From: Azolla caroliniana
Lineage: Eukaryota; Plantae; Polypodiophyta
Assembly: GCA_043228905.1 (NCBI GenBank)
Contig: JBHGNT010000009.1
Location: 11,160,001 to 11,224,000, forward strand
Reading direction: 5' to 3'
Length of the DNA stretch: 64,000 nt
Shown: one piece after another, positions 48,901 to 60,091 of the stretch
Layout: the number at the start of each line of letters is the position of its first letter
Numbering within the stretch: the first letter of the stretch is position 1
Position numbers and translations under genes: made by a program
Notes under the pieces: model-generated
Databases searched by the model: none
Seen by the model: the letters and a program-made list of their open reading frames with translations, nothing else
Told to the model about the DNA's origin: nothing

Positions 48901-51900
48901 TTTTGGGATTTCGGTCCCTTCGGATGGGATGGTCGGATGTCGGAGATGAATGACGACAAGCCCGGTTGCGGTTTCGGAACCGGATGATGAAGATCCCGGC
49001 TTCGGAGCCGGATGACGAATGTACCCGGAGAGAGATCCGGATGCGGGGACATATTTGTGAATATGTTTGCCAAGGGCCCTTGAGGCTATAGTTGTAAATA
49101 GCCCGAAAGTCATATGTGTATAAATATGACTTAGGGCAAACAGTTTTATTGTTGCTACTCATTTTTCTGTTTTTCCACTCAAGAGGAGTGAAGAGAGAGA
49201 GCAGCCGTGAGAGAGAGAGAGAGAGAGCAGCCGTGAGAGAGATAGAGCGCGAGAGAGGAAGAGGTCGACGCCTCTGTGTAATTCCGCCGCCTGTGGCGAG
49301 GACAGCGAGCTCAAGGTCGTCGCCTTGCAGCTCGCCATTGTATATTTCTCTGTGCATAGTTTTGGTTTGGAGTCTTGTACTCCCGTGGTTTTTCCCGTCT
49401 AGGGTTTTCCACGTTAATCCCTGTGTATTTGTGTCTTTCTCTGTGTTTCCGATTTTCTGCTGCATAGATTCGCGCTTCCTCGGTTGTGGCCGAGCGGTGA
49501 AGGTTGAATCGAAGCGCCGATTCTCAACAAACTGGTATCAGAGCGAGTTGCTGCAGAAAATGGAAGGCGGCGGCAGCGGGCAGCCAGGGATGATGGTGCT
49601 GAATGCGCAGAATTACGCCGACTGGAAGATCAAGATGGAGGATCTTCTGATTGTTCGGGACCTGTACGAACCGATTGACAGGTCGGAAATACCGAAGTGG
49701 GTACTTGAGTCGGAATGGAGGCTTCTGAACCGGAAAGCCGTTGCAACCATTCGGCAATACGTAGACGTGAGCGTTCTACAACATGTGGCGAACGACACCA
49801 ACGCATATGAGATGTGGCGGAAGCTGTCGGGCCTCTATGAGAGGAAGAATGCGTTGAACCGGACCTCCCTGATGAGGAAGATAGTGAACCTCAAGTACCG
49901 GGACGGCGAGAGTATGGTGGAACACGTAAGCACGTTCATGGGATTCGTGAACCAGCTTGCGGCGATCAAGTTCCCGCTGAAGGATGCAATGCAAGCCATC
50001 ATTCTGATGTGTACATTGCCGGAAAGCTGGGAGAACTTGGTGGTGACTCTCAGCACCTCCTGCACCGAAGATAACTTGTCCCTACAAACGGTAAAGACAA
50101 GTATTTTGAACGAAGAAGCGCGTCGGAGAGATAAAGAACCGGCCTCCGACTCGAAGGCGCTGCTTACCGAATCGGATCGGGGAAGACAATGGAACCGGAG
50201 TCCGCAAAGACGGGAGAAGTCGGGGACCCGGTCGCAGTCAAGAGGAAGGCCCACATGCTTCCACTGTGGGAAGCCGGGGCACTTCCGAAAGAATTGTCGG
50301 CATTACCGAAAAGACAACGGAGCCGACGACACCGATTCGAAGAAGTCTTCGGAACGGAACGGTGCTTACCGGGGAGCCATGGACCGGAATGGTTCGGATC
50401 GGCGAGGGCAGGACCGAAAAGGAACGACGGCACTCGCGGCAAGTGAGGAGGAGATCATGCTCATCACCGAAGAAGGTGAACTAAACATTGCCGGCGATGA
50501 GACGACCTGGGTGGTCGATTCCGGAGCATCGTTCCACTTGACCCCGGAAAGAAGATACTTCTCATCCTACACAACCGGTGAGCATGGCTGTGTTCGGATG
50601 GGAAATGAAGGTACGTGCCGGATTGCCGGCATAGGAGACGTGTGGTTGACAACCCCGACCGGATGCAAAATACTGCTGAAGGATGTCCGATACGTTCCGG
50701 AGGTTCGATTGAACCTGATTTCGGCCGGGAGGCTAGACGATGAAGGCTACACAGGTAGCATTTGGAACGGCGTAATGAAGTTCAGCAAGGGGAGCCTGAT
50801 AGTGGCTCGGGCCCGGAAAGTCAACACACTGTACCTTATGAATGCCTGGTTGTGTCCGGAAGAGTTGAATGTGGCAGCCGACACTGCCGGTGAGCTGTGG
50901 CACAAAAGACTGTGCCACATGAGTGAGAAGGGGATGAAGAGGCTTGCAGAAGACAACCTTATTCCAGTGAAGCATGTGCATCTGGAGAAGTGCACCGATT
51001 GCCTGGCCGGTAAGCAGAACCAGACCTCCTTCCACTCAAGGCCACCGACGAGACGTAGCGCACCATTGGAGTTGGTGCACACTGATGTGTGTCAGGTAGA
51101 AACGAAGTCACATGGCGGAGCCCAGTACTTCGTAACATTCATTGATGATCACAGCCGGAAGCTGTGGACGGCACCGTTGAAGACAAAGGACCAAGTGTTG
51201 TGCGTCTTCAAAGAACTCCACGCGAGAGTGGAAAGGGAATCCGGCAAGAAGCTGAAAGCGATACGAGCGGATAACGGAGGGGAATACCGGGGGCAGTTCG
51301 CGGAGTACTGTCGCTCGAAGGGAATCCGGCTCGAGTTTACTGTGCCGAAGACGCCGGAACTGAACGGGCTGGCCGAGAGGATGAACCGGACCATAATGGA
51401 GAGGGTCCGGAGTATGCTGGCGCATGCGAAATTACCCAAGGGGTTTTGGGCTGAGGCAATGTCGACGTCGACATACGTGATAAACAGATCACCCTCAGTA
51501 CCTTTGGACGGAGACACGCCGCAGAGAGTGTGGACCGGTAGGGAAGTATCCTACCGGCATCTGAAGGTGTTCGGGTGTCTCGCATATGTGCATGTGGCAA
51601 AGGACCGGAGAGGAAAGCTAGATCCAAAGACCCGGCCATGCATATTCCTCGGTTACGGCGACGACGAGTTCGGCTACCGAGTATGGGACCCGGTCGACAA
51701 GAAGATATTCAGGAGTCGTGATATCATCTTCATGGAGGACAAGACACTCGCCGACTGGGAGTCGGAGAAGAAGATGAAGAGCTCCAAGTCGACCGGTGAG
51801 GATCAACTCTATGAGGAGCAGTCCCGACCGGCAAGGGACCGGTCAACACTCGAGGATCCGGCCGAAGACGGTGAAGAAACAGAACCGGCCGAAGAAGATG

Positions 51901-54675
51901 AAAATGATACCGGAACCGGCCCCGATCCCGAAATGGATTCGGATGAAGAAGAATCGGAAGAACCGGTTACCGAAGCTCCGGAACGGAGATATCCTCTAAG
52001 AGAGAGAAGGGCCCCCCGAAGATTTCCGGATCCAGAGCACGTGTTGCTGACCGACGAGGGGGAGCCGGAGAGCTTTGAAGAAGCAAAGCATGACACCCAG
52101 AGCCGCAGGTGGTTGAGTGCCATGCAGGACGAGATGGATTCCCTGCATGAGAACCACACATATGAACTTGTGGAGTTGCCGAAAGGAAAGCGGGCACTTC
52201 GAAACAAGTGGGTGTTCAAGCTGAAACCGGGAGATGCCGGAAACCCCCCGAGATACAAAGCCAGGATCGTGGTGAAGGGGTTTCAGCAGAAGAAGGGCGT
52301 CGACTTCGACGAGATATTTGCCCCGGTAGTGAAGATGACCTCCATCCGGACGGTGCTGAGCATAGCGGCAAGCATGGACCTTGAGGTAGAACAGATGGAC
52401 GTGAAGACGGCATTCCTTCACGGTGACCTCGAAGAAGAGATCTACATGCAGCAACCGGAAGGATTCGAGAAGAAAGGGAAGGAGCACCTGGTGTGCCGGT
52501 TGAAGAAGAGCCTTTACGGACTGAAGCAGGCTCCCCGGCAATGGTACCGGAAGTTCGACTCTTTCATGACCGACGAAGGGTACCTCAAAACGCAGTCCGA
52601 CCACTGCGTGTTTGTGAAGAAGTTCGAAGGAGGAGACTTTCTAATACTCCTCCTGTACGTGGACGACATGTTGATCGTCGGACGAGACCAGGTCAAGATA
52701 CGGATGCTGAAGAAGGCTCTTCACCGAACCTTCTCAATGAAGGACCTGGGTCCGGCGAGGCAAATACTAGGGATGCACATCATCCGGGACCGGAAGAAGA
52801 AGCAGTTGTGGCTGTCACAGGAGAAGTACGTCACAAAGGTGCTTCACCGGTTCAACATGTCGGAAGCAAGACCGGTCGGGTCAACACTCCCGGCAAACTG
52901 CAAGCTGTCCAGCAAGCAGAGCCCCAAGACAAAGGCTGAGAAGGAGGACATGATGAAAGTACCATATGCCTCTGCTGTCGGGAGCTTGATGTACGCAATG
53001 GTGTGTACCCGACCGGACATCGGATATGCAGTCGGAGTGGTGAGCCGGTACATGAGCAATCCCGGCAAAGAGCATTGGAACGCGGCCAAGTGGATACTCC
53101 GATACCTGAAGGGCACGGCAAACGTGTGCCTCCGATTCGGCTCCGGTAAGCCCGAACTCGACGGCTTCACCGATTCGGATATGTCGGCTGATGAAGATAC
53201 CAGCCGGTCCACATCAGGGTATGTGATGACGTATGCAGGGGGAGCTGTTTCATGGCAGTCGAGGCTGCAGAAGACGGTTGCGTTGTCAACCACGGAGGCG
53301 GAGTACATGGCGGCTGTTGAAGCCGGCAAGGAAATAATATGGATGAAGGACTTCATTAGAGAGCTCGGTATCCGGCAGGAGGAGTACCGACTCTACTGCG
53401 ACAGTCAGAGTGCAATCCACCTTGCGAAGAACGCGGCCTATCACTCCCGGACGAAGCACATCCAGCGAAGATATCACTGGATCCGGGAAAGGATAGAAGA
53501 CAAGGAGTTCGTGCTGAGGAAGGTCCACACGGACGAGAACGGGCTCCGGTAAGCCCGAACTCGACGGCTTCACCGATTCGGATATGTCGGCTGATGCAGA
53601 TACCAGCCGGTCCACATCAGGGTATGTGATGACGTATGCAGGGGGAGCTGTTTCATGGCAGTCGAGGCTGCAGAAGACGGTTGCGTTGTCAACCACGGAG
53701 GCGGAGTACATGGCGGCTGTTGAAGCCGGCAAGGAAATAATATGGATGAAGGACTTCATTAGAGAGCTCGGTATCCGGCAGGAGGAGTACCGACTCTACT
53801 GCGACAGTCAGAGTGCAATCCACCTTGCGAAGAACGCGGCCTATCACTCCCGGACGAAGCACATCCAGCGAAGATATCACTGGATCCGGGAAAGGATAGA
53901 AGACAAGGAGTTCGTGCTGAGGAAGGTCCACACGGACGAGAACGGGTCGGATATGCTGACCAAGGTGCTCACACCCGACAAGCTGGAAGCATGCCGGAAG
54001 AGGATCGGATTGGAGAGAAATCCCATGCCGAAGTGAAGGGGGAGTTTGTTGGGATTTCGGTCCCTTCGGATGGGATGGTCGGATGTCGGAGATGAATGAC
54101 GACAAGCCCGGTTGCGGTTTCGGAACCGGATGATGAAGATCCCGGCTTCGGAGCCGGATGACGAATGTACCCGGAGAGAGATCCGGATGCGGGGACATAT
54201 TTGTGAATATGTTTGCCAAGGGCCCTTGAGGCTATAGTTGTAAATAGCCCGAAAGTCATATGTGTATAAATATGACTTAGGGCAAACAGTTTTATTGTTG
54301 CTACTCATTTTTCTGTTTTTCCACTCAAGAGGAGTGAAGAGAGAGAGCAGCCGTGAGAGAGAGAGAGAGAGAGCAGCCGTGAGAGAGATAGAGCGCGAGA
54401 GAGGAAGAGGTCGACGCCTCTGTGTAATTCCGCCGCCTGTGGCGAGGACAGCGAGCTCAAGGTCGTCGCCTTGCAGCTCGCCATTGTATATTTCTCTGTG
54501 CATAGTTTTGGTTTGGAGTCTTGTACTCCCGTGGTTTTTCCCGTCTAGGGTTTTCCACGTTAATCCCTGTGTATTTGTGTCTTTCTCTGTGTTTCCGATT
54601 TTCTGCTGCATAGATTCGCGCTTCCTCGGTTGTGGCCGAGCGGTGAAGGTTGAATCGAAGCGCCGATTCTCAACA
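48901..54675 (+). mobile_element. Very young full-length Ty1/Copia element
   Basis: 629-bp LTRs 48901-49529 and 54047-54675, identical by eye except base 2; PBS TGGTATCAGAGC 49533-49544; PPT GAAGGGGGAG; TSD GTAAA. Confidence 0.98.
49560..53552 (+). CDS. Copia gag-pol polyprotein, truncated near the RNase H C-terminus by a 403-bp duplication (the normal end lies at 54036 in another frame)
   Basis: ATG after the PBS; CFHCGKPGHFRKNC, WVVDSGAS, WHKRLCH/CTDC, DNGGEY, NGLAERMN, QMDVKTAFL, YVDDML, TDSD, STTEAEY. Confidence 0.9.
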   Translation: MEGGGSGQPGMMVLNAQNYADWKIKMEDLLIVRDLYEPIDRSEIPKWVLESEWRLLNRKAVATIRQYVDVSVLQHVANDTNAYEMWRKLSGLYERKNALNRTSLMRKIVNLKYRDGESMVEHVSTFMGFVNQLAAIKFPLKDAMQAIILMCTLPESWENLVVTLSTSCTEDNLSLQTVKTSILNEEARRRDKEPASDSKALLTESDRGRQWNRSPQRREKSGTRSQSRGRPTCFHCGKPGHFRKNCRHYRKDNGADDTDSKKSSERNGAYRGAMDRNGSDRRGQDRKGTTALAASEEEIMLITEEGELNIAGDETTWVVDSGASFHLTPERRYFSSYTTGEHGCVRMGNEGTCRIAGIGDVWLTTPTGCKILLKDVRYVPEVRLNLISAGRLDDEGYTGSIWNGVMKFSKGSLIVARARKVNTLYLMNAWLCPEELNVAADTAGELWHKRLCHMSEKGMKRLAEDNLIPVKHVHLEKCTDCLAGKQNQTSFHSRPPTRRSAPLELVHTDVCQVETKSHGGAQYFVTFIDDHSRKLWTAPLKTKDQVLCVFKELHARVERESGKKLKAIRADNGGEYRGQFAEYCRSKGIRLEFTVPKTPELNGLAERMNRTIMERVRSMLAHAKLPKGFWAEAMSTSTYVINRSPSVPLDGDTPQRVWTGREVSYRHLKVFGCLAYVHVAKDRRGKLDPKTRPCIFLGYGDDEFGYRVWDPVDKKIFRSRDIIFMEDKTLADWESEKKMKSSKSTGEDQLYEEQSRPARDRSTLEDPAEDGEETEPAEEDENDTGTGPDPEMDSDEEESEEPVTEAPERRYPLRERRAPRRFPDPEHVLLTDEGEPESFEEAKHDTQSRRWLSAMQDEMDSLHENHTYELVELPKGKRALRNKWVFKLKPGDAGNPPRYKARIVVKGFQQKKGVDFDEIFAPVVKMTSIRTVLSIAASMDLEVEQMDVKTAFLHGDLEEEIYMQQPEGFEKKGKEHLVCRLKKSLYGLKQAPRQWYRKFDSFMTDEGYLKTQSDHCVFVKKFEGGDFLILLLYVDDMLIVGRDQVKIRMLKKALHRTFSMKDLGPARQILGMHIIRDRKKKQLWLSQEKYVTKVLHRFNMSEARPVGSTLPANCKLSSKQSPKTKAEKEDMMKVPYASAVGSLMYAMVCTRPDIGYAVGVVSRYMSNPGKEHWNAAKWILRYLKGTANVCLRFGSGKPELDGFTDSDMSADEDTSRSTSGYVMTYAGGAVSWQSRLQKTVALSTTEAEYMAAVEAGKEIIWMKDFIRELGIRQEEYRLYCDSQSAIHLAKNAAYHSRTKHIQRRYHWIRERIEDKEFVLRKVHTDENGLR

Positions 54676-55837
54676 GTAAACTATGATGAAGATATCGAGG
54701 AAGTCTCAAAAAATGTCATTCGCCATATGTTGGAAAACTGTTGGTGCATTCGTGAGACCAAAAGGCATCACTGTATATTCAAAATGACCATAGCGAGTGC
54801 GGAATGCGGTTTTCCATTCATCCCCAGGACGAATTCGAACAAGGTTGTAGGCACCTCGAAGATCTAACTTCGTGAAATACTTTGCTCCACTAAGGCGTTC
54901 TAGAAGGCTTGAGATCAATGGTAGAGCATATCGGTTTCTAATAGTTACTTTATTCAAGCCCCGATAATCCACGACCATACGAAGCGTACCATCTTTCTTC
55001 TTAATGAAAAAGATGGGTGCACCAACAGGAGATCTTGAATGTTGGATAAAACCATTTGCCAGGTTCTCATCTATATATTCTCGAAGAACCTCTAACTCTA
55101 TGGGCGAAAGGTTATAAATTGGTCCCCATGGAGGCTCTTTTCTTGGCTGCAAATCAATTGGGCAATCATAGGGTCGATGCTATGGTAATCTATTAGCCTT
55201 CACCGTATCGAACACATCGGAGAATTCTATGTACTTCTTTGGTAATTGGACGCCCAATTCTTGTGAGCTAGATGAGGGAGTTGCTTCCTTCCTTCCATCC
55301 TCTCGTAACTGATGTATAGAGATTGTTGAAATCATGTGGGATCCTAGATCCTTTGTTGGAGTTTCAAGAGACTCGGACTGTACTATGACCTCTTCAATAG
55401 TTCTTTTCTCCAATCAATAGTTGGGTTATGTAACTCAAACCAAGGAAGACCAAGAACTAGAGAGTGCTCTGGACTACTAATGATGTTGAATGAGATGATA
55501 CTAGCCAAATTACCTAGGACTACACGAATTGATTCAGACTCTTCGACTATATCACCTGATGCTATAGGGCGACCATCAATGACTCCTACAGCTACTGGGT
55601 TTGGGAGCTTGTTCAAGATGATGTTTTGGGTCAATGCAAACTCGCGATCCATGAAACAAGAATTGGCTCCAGAATCTAGGAGGGCAGAGGCTAGGACTCG
55701 ATGACCTGTAGATGTGCTAAGCTCGACTTGTGCAGAAAAAACTCTACTAACTTGATTTGATGAAATGGAACTACAACTAGGTACAGACTCTACATATCTA
55801 GGATGGTCCAACCAAATGGCTCCTATTTTGGCCGGAC

Positions 55838-56965
55838 TTATTCGTTTAACACATCCTCTAATTGGCTCAAGACATCAAATCTATTCTCATGGCATGAGTT
55901 ATTAGGCTTAGTAGTTAAGTTATTAGAAGTGATAGTAGAACTCATGGTAGGGTTGTCATGTGCGCTTACTTGGTAAACTTGTCGTGGGGGTTTATGTGGA
56001 CAATTCACAGCAATATGTCCTGGACCACCACAATAGAGGCATAGGCGATGTGCCCGACGTCGTTGTTTCTCAGCATCTGATAAAGGCCCTCGACGTTGTG
56101 TTGACTCTATTTCCATCGGAGTGGGACTATCCCTCGTAACGGGTCTGGGAACTTGTGGCGGTGTTGCGACTATTGAAGCATACGTCTGTTCCGGTTGATG
56201 GCGTATCATTTGTTGACGTTCAGAACGTCGCTCAAATAGGCGATTATCACATCGCATAGCTCGACTAATGGCCTCTGTAAGAGACTTTGGATCTTCGTGG
56301 AAAGTAAGAGGAAGATCTTTGACATCGTTACACAAACCCTGACGAAATTGATCCATTAAGGCCGCCTCATCCCAAGGGATGTCACGTGCCAAGAGACGGA
56401 AATCTGCTGCATAGGCTGAAGCGGGACGATCTCCTTGTCGGAGTCTTCGAATCTTGTTTATTGCCGTTCTAGTGCTATCGGTGTCTCCAAAACTAGCTTG
56501 AAACTCTTTAACGAATGCCTCGAAATCCTCCAACAATGGTGATTTCTTCTCTAGAAGTGGTGCAAACCATGCTAATGCGGTACCGCTTAGCAAGGTTCCT
56601 ATTAATCCCACACGAGCAGCATCAGTTGGGTACCGATTGAGATGTAACTGAATCACCAAACGGACTTGATTCAGGAAACCTCGAAACAAAGATCGGGTAC
56701 CATCAAACTTGGCAAGGAGGCTAATCTTTGGTTCCCTTGGGGAGTTTTGAACCCCCGTCGCTTGTTCTCGTAATGTTAATATAGTAGCCTCGAGTTGATG
56801 AACCCGTTGTGATAACTCCTCATATTGATGAGCTTTCTCGGTACTCACTTGTTGTAAATCCCCGAGTAGTCTATGATTTTCTTGCTCTAATGCCACAAAC
56901 TTAGTCGTGAGCATGTCGAGCTCAAAAAGGACACACATATACTCTTGCTTGCTGACGGATTCCAT
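55838..56965 (-). CDS. Chromovirus gag (intact ORF, 375 aa)
   Basis: Coiled-coil N-terminus, retrotransposon gag core 'LRQGDRPASAYAADFR', 'PTPMEI', CCHC knuckle. Confidence 0.85.
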   Translation of the reverse strand: MESVSKQEYMCVLFELDMLTTKFVALEQENHRLLGDLQQVSTEKAHQYEELSQRVHQLEATILTLREQATGVQNSPREPKISLLAKFDGTRSLFRGFLNQVRLVIQLHLNRYPTDAARVGLIGTLLSGTALAWFAPLLEKKSPLLEDFEAFVKEFQASFGDTDSTRTAINKIRRLRQGDRPASAYAADFRLLARDIPWDEAALMDQFRQGLCNDVKDLPLTFHEDPKSLTEAISRAMRCDNRLFERRSERQQMIRHQPEQTYASIVATPPQVPRPVTRDSPTPMEIESTQRRGPLSDAEKQRRRAHRLCLYCGGPGHIAVNCPHKPPRQVYQVSAHDNPTMSSTITSNNLTTKPNNSCHENRFDVLSQLEDVLNE

Positions 56966-57095
56966 AACTGAGGGAGAAAAAGAAAGAAGGGAAAAGAAGA
57001 AAGCTTGCTAGGGTTATTGGAAAAGGAAACAGAAAATTCGGTTCAAACCGTCGAGACTTGTGGGTAGAAGATAGAGTGAGAGCGAAAGAGAGAGG

Positions 57096-57127
<32 letters not shown>

Positions 57128-57519
57128 GTGAGAGAGATAAGACTTGAAATAGAAATGAGATTATATTATGATGAAACAAGATTACAATGAGTAGGCTAAG
57201 GGCTAAAGACTGGTGTTGAACCGAATGAGTTGAAACAAATGTATAGACAGTTATTTATAGGTCCTTATGGAGTAATCTAGAATGTTCTAGAATATTTTAG
57301 ATTTTATGATAAGAAATATAATCATGAAATATTAAAGGATGTTCTAGAATAATCTAGAATGTTCTAGAATATTCTAATATCTTGCAATAACTAGAAACAT
57401 AATTATTATAATCACACAATATATATGTTATTATAATGGTTAAGGGTTCAACACATAGACCAAGAAGTCGTGGGTTCCATTCTTGATAACCAAAATGGTG
57501 TCTGCATGACACATGCATT

Positions 57520-59775
57520 GTAGAGCACATTATTCTTAAGAGAATAAAAATAAATAAAAAACAGAAATCAAGCAAGATCGAAATCCTGCCATGAACATCC
57601 CATCAAATATTGGCTCTCAATCAATGCACTACCTCCCCCACCTCCATAATAGAGTTGATGCATGAACATTTTCATCAACCTATGGTGGATGTGCTCCTTG
57701 TTTGTACCCCCTAATGTAGCTTACCCCATATCCCCAACATTTGCACCATATCCCCTTTTGCCTCGATTATGTTTCTATTCTCCTTCCCCTACAACTATCC
57801 CTTGTTGAAGACATCCAACCCCCACTATCCCTTGCTGAAACTACCAATATGTTCATCAATAGTGTAGTAAGAAGTCAACATGGCCTTAGGATCTTTAGCT
57901 TAACTTCTTTCTTCTTCCTGGCATCCAATTCATTTGACATTAATAACACATTCTTGACATGGCCCAACCCATGTTTAATTATAATTCACATTGTGCTCCT
58001 TATCAAAGCATGGGAATGGTTACATGACATGAAAAATCCTACCTCTAAACCACCCAACAAGCAACCTCTGTAATGTTACCACTTCTTTGACAATCCCACA
58101 CATGAACAATAGCTTAAAAAATGATGTGCTACCCACTTTTCCAATTCACAAACCCCACTTTTACCCCCTCCCATGATGATACCCTTGGTCAGATTACAAA
58201 ACTAGCAAGAGGATATCCCTAGCACTCCTTTGTAATCGGCTTGTCTTTCATACACTTCACCAACACAAATGAACAAAAACTTGGATTCTCAAGGTCATGA
58301 AAAACTTCATCAATGACTACAACATCCCATTACAATTCAAATTATACTCATGTCAAAGCAAGGGGATGGTTCCATGCCATGCTTAAAAATGAAAGGTAGG
58401 TCAATAAGCACACATTACAAACATTTTAAAATGGAGGATAAGAATTAATAATCAAATAGGTAATCTAACCCCAAATATTCTCTCTCTCAAATTAACGTCA
58501 TCATGAATGTTATACACAATGGTGAAGACACATTCATAATTTGGACTCTTTAAACAACGACTACTTTAAATTGTGAGACTATTCTTAATAAATAAATTCT
58601 ACGCTTTCCCAACATTTGTCCTCTCTGGTAAGTCAACCATGAATTCCAAATCAGAGGTTGTCTACAAAATTTAGATTCTGTTTTTGGCAATGTCTTAACT
58701 AAATGAAGAGAAACATCTTTCAATGCATTAAGAACAGATCAAGCAAATCTGTCTTCCCAGTTTGTACTAGATGTGCATGGGCAAAATTAGATCGTGGGTC
58801 AACACAATTTGTAGGTGCATGGACGACATTTCTATCTAAACCTATAGATCAACAAATGATACTGATTAGTAATGTAAGGGGTGGGAAGATAATGTATTTT
58901 GCAATATAAAATGCCCTTTCTAATATTCAGATACAAATTGGATCTGCTACATAGAAGTGGATGGGTTTATTTACCCCATTGGATGTTTTAATTGGAGTTA
59001 AAAGCCTATATTGGGGAACAAGAGTGTATGAGTTTTGATGTACAAGGTGATGGTAGGTTAATCTTTACACCTAAGGAAAATGATTTGTTTAGGTTTTGTT
59101 TGCATAAAGAAGTGAGGGTGATTGCAAATGATGGATCAAATTGGGTCTTAGACTTGGATCCTCAAAAGGTAAATTAATTTTTTGGAGGATTTGGATTATG
59201 GAAACGGGACCAATATCTAGATTAACTTGGGATCCTGGAGAATTGTATTGGAAGGTGTGGGTGCAAGATCACATCAAATACGTGCCTTTCTTTCAATATT
59301 CTGTGAAGATTGGTAGGAAAATATTAGGTGCTAGCTCATGGAAAGAACCAACTGCAAATGTTGTTTGGAGATGAAATGGACTTTCTCCACAACATCTCAA
59401 ACAATTTTGGAAATGGCTATGGGGTATAAAAATGAGTAGGTTGTTTGTTTTCGATGGTTGTTGGTTCATAAAGTTATACCAGTTAATGGGTGGCGAAAAG
59501 GAAATGTAGACAATATGTCCCCTTTCTGTACGGATTTAATAGAGATTGCTAAACATTGTTTGTGGAGTTGTGGTTTTGCTATGGACATATGGAAATGAAT
59601 CATAAAATTATTAACTCCACTATATCCTAGAGTAGTGTATACATGGGGTGCAATATTATGTGTGGTGGTACATGATAAACCTATGGTATATGAATAGGAG
59701 GAGATTGCAGATGCTATTGTGATTGTCATGATATAACATCGTATGGCATTAAAAGGACTTAAACCCATGACCTAG
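57520..59775. mobile_element. Degenerate L1-like LINE remnants (about 57520-58420 on -, about 58660-59770 on +)
   Basis: Plus-strand 'CPFCTDLIEIAKHCLWSC' zinc-binding motif near 59515-59570 with Trp-rich flanks; the minus-strand part is heavily decayed. Confidence 0.5.
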
Positions 59776-60033
59776 TGTCACATGGGTTGAAGCCCTACCA
59801 TTAAGCTATACATTGTAATACAAAGAATATTGTTTTCATTTATTATTTCACTATAGAAAATTGATGTATATTCCAGATTTCTATGGAACATTCTAGAAAC
59901 TTCAGGAGTACTCCTGACAACACCATAAAAAGAGGCACAAGGCATTATTTTGAACCAATTCAGTTCAACGCCAATCTTAAGCCTCCTAGCTATTCTTGTA
60001 CTTACTCTTCATATAATATATCACCTGTTATCA

Positions 60034-60091
<58 letters not shown>

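Larger units (their letters stand above)
45981..57511 (-). mobile_element. Full-length Ty3/Gypsy chromovirus (Tcn1-like) with nested Copia
   Basis: 5' LTR 57049-57511, 3' LTR 45981-46449, TSD CATGC on both sides, PPT at about 46450-46464; gag 55838-56965 (CLYCGGPGHIAVNC), PR LLDSGA, RT, RH, INT with GPY motif and chromodomain 'YEVASILDSK...YYLVDWFGY...TWEP'; a few stops and frameshifts in pol. Confidence 0.96.

Noticed and set aside
48260-49465. 401-aa novel chimeric gene
   Set aside because: Antisense Copia LTR sequence that happens to be in frame with the interrupted Gypsy RT/RH; a by-product of the insertion with no evidence of expression
49116-49559. 148-aa N-terminal extension of the Copia polyprotein
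   Set aside because: Begins at a GTG inside the LTR and reads through GA microsatellite and the PBS; the ATG at 49560 is the plausible start
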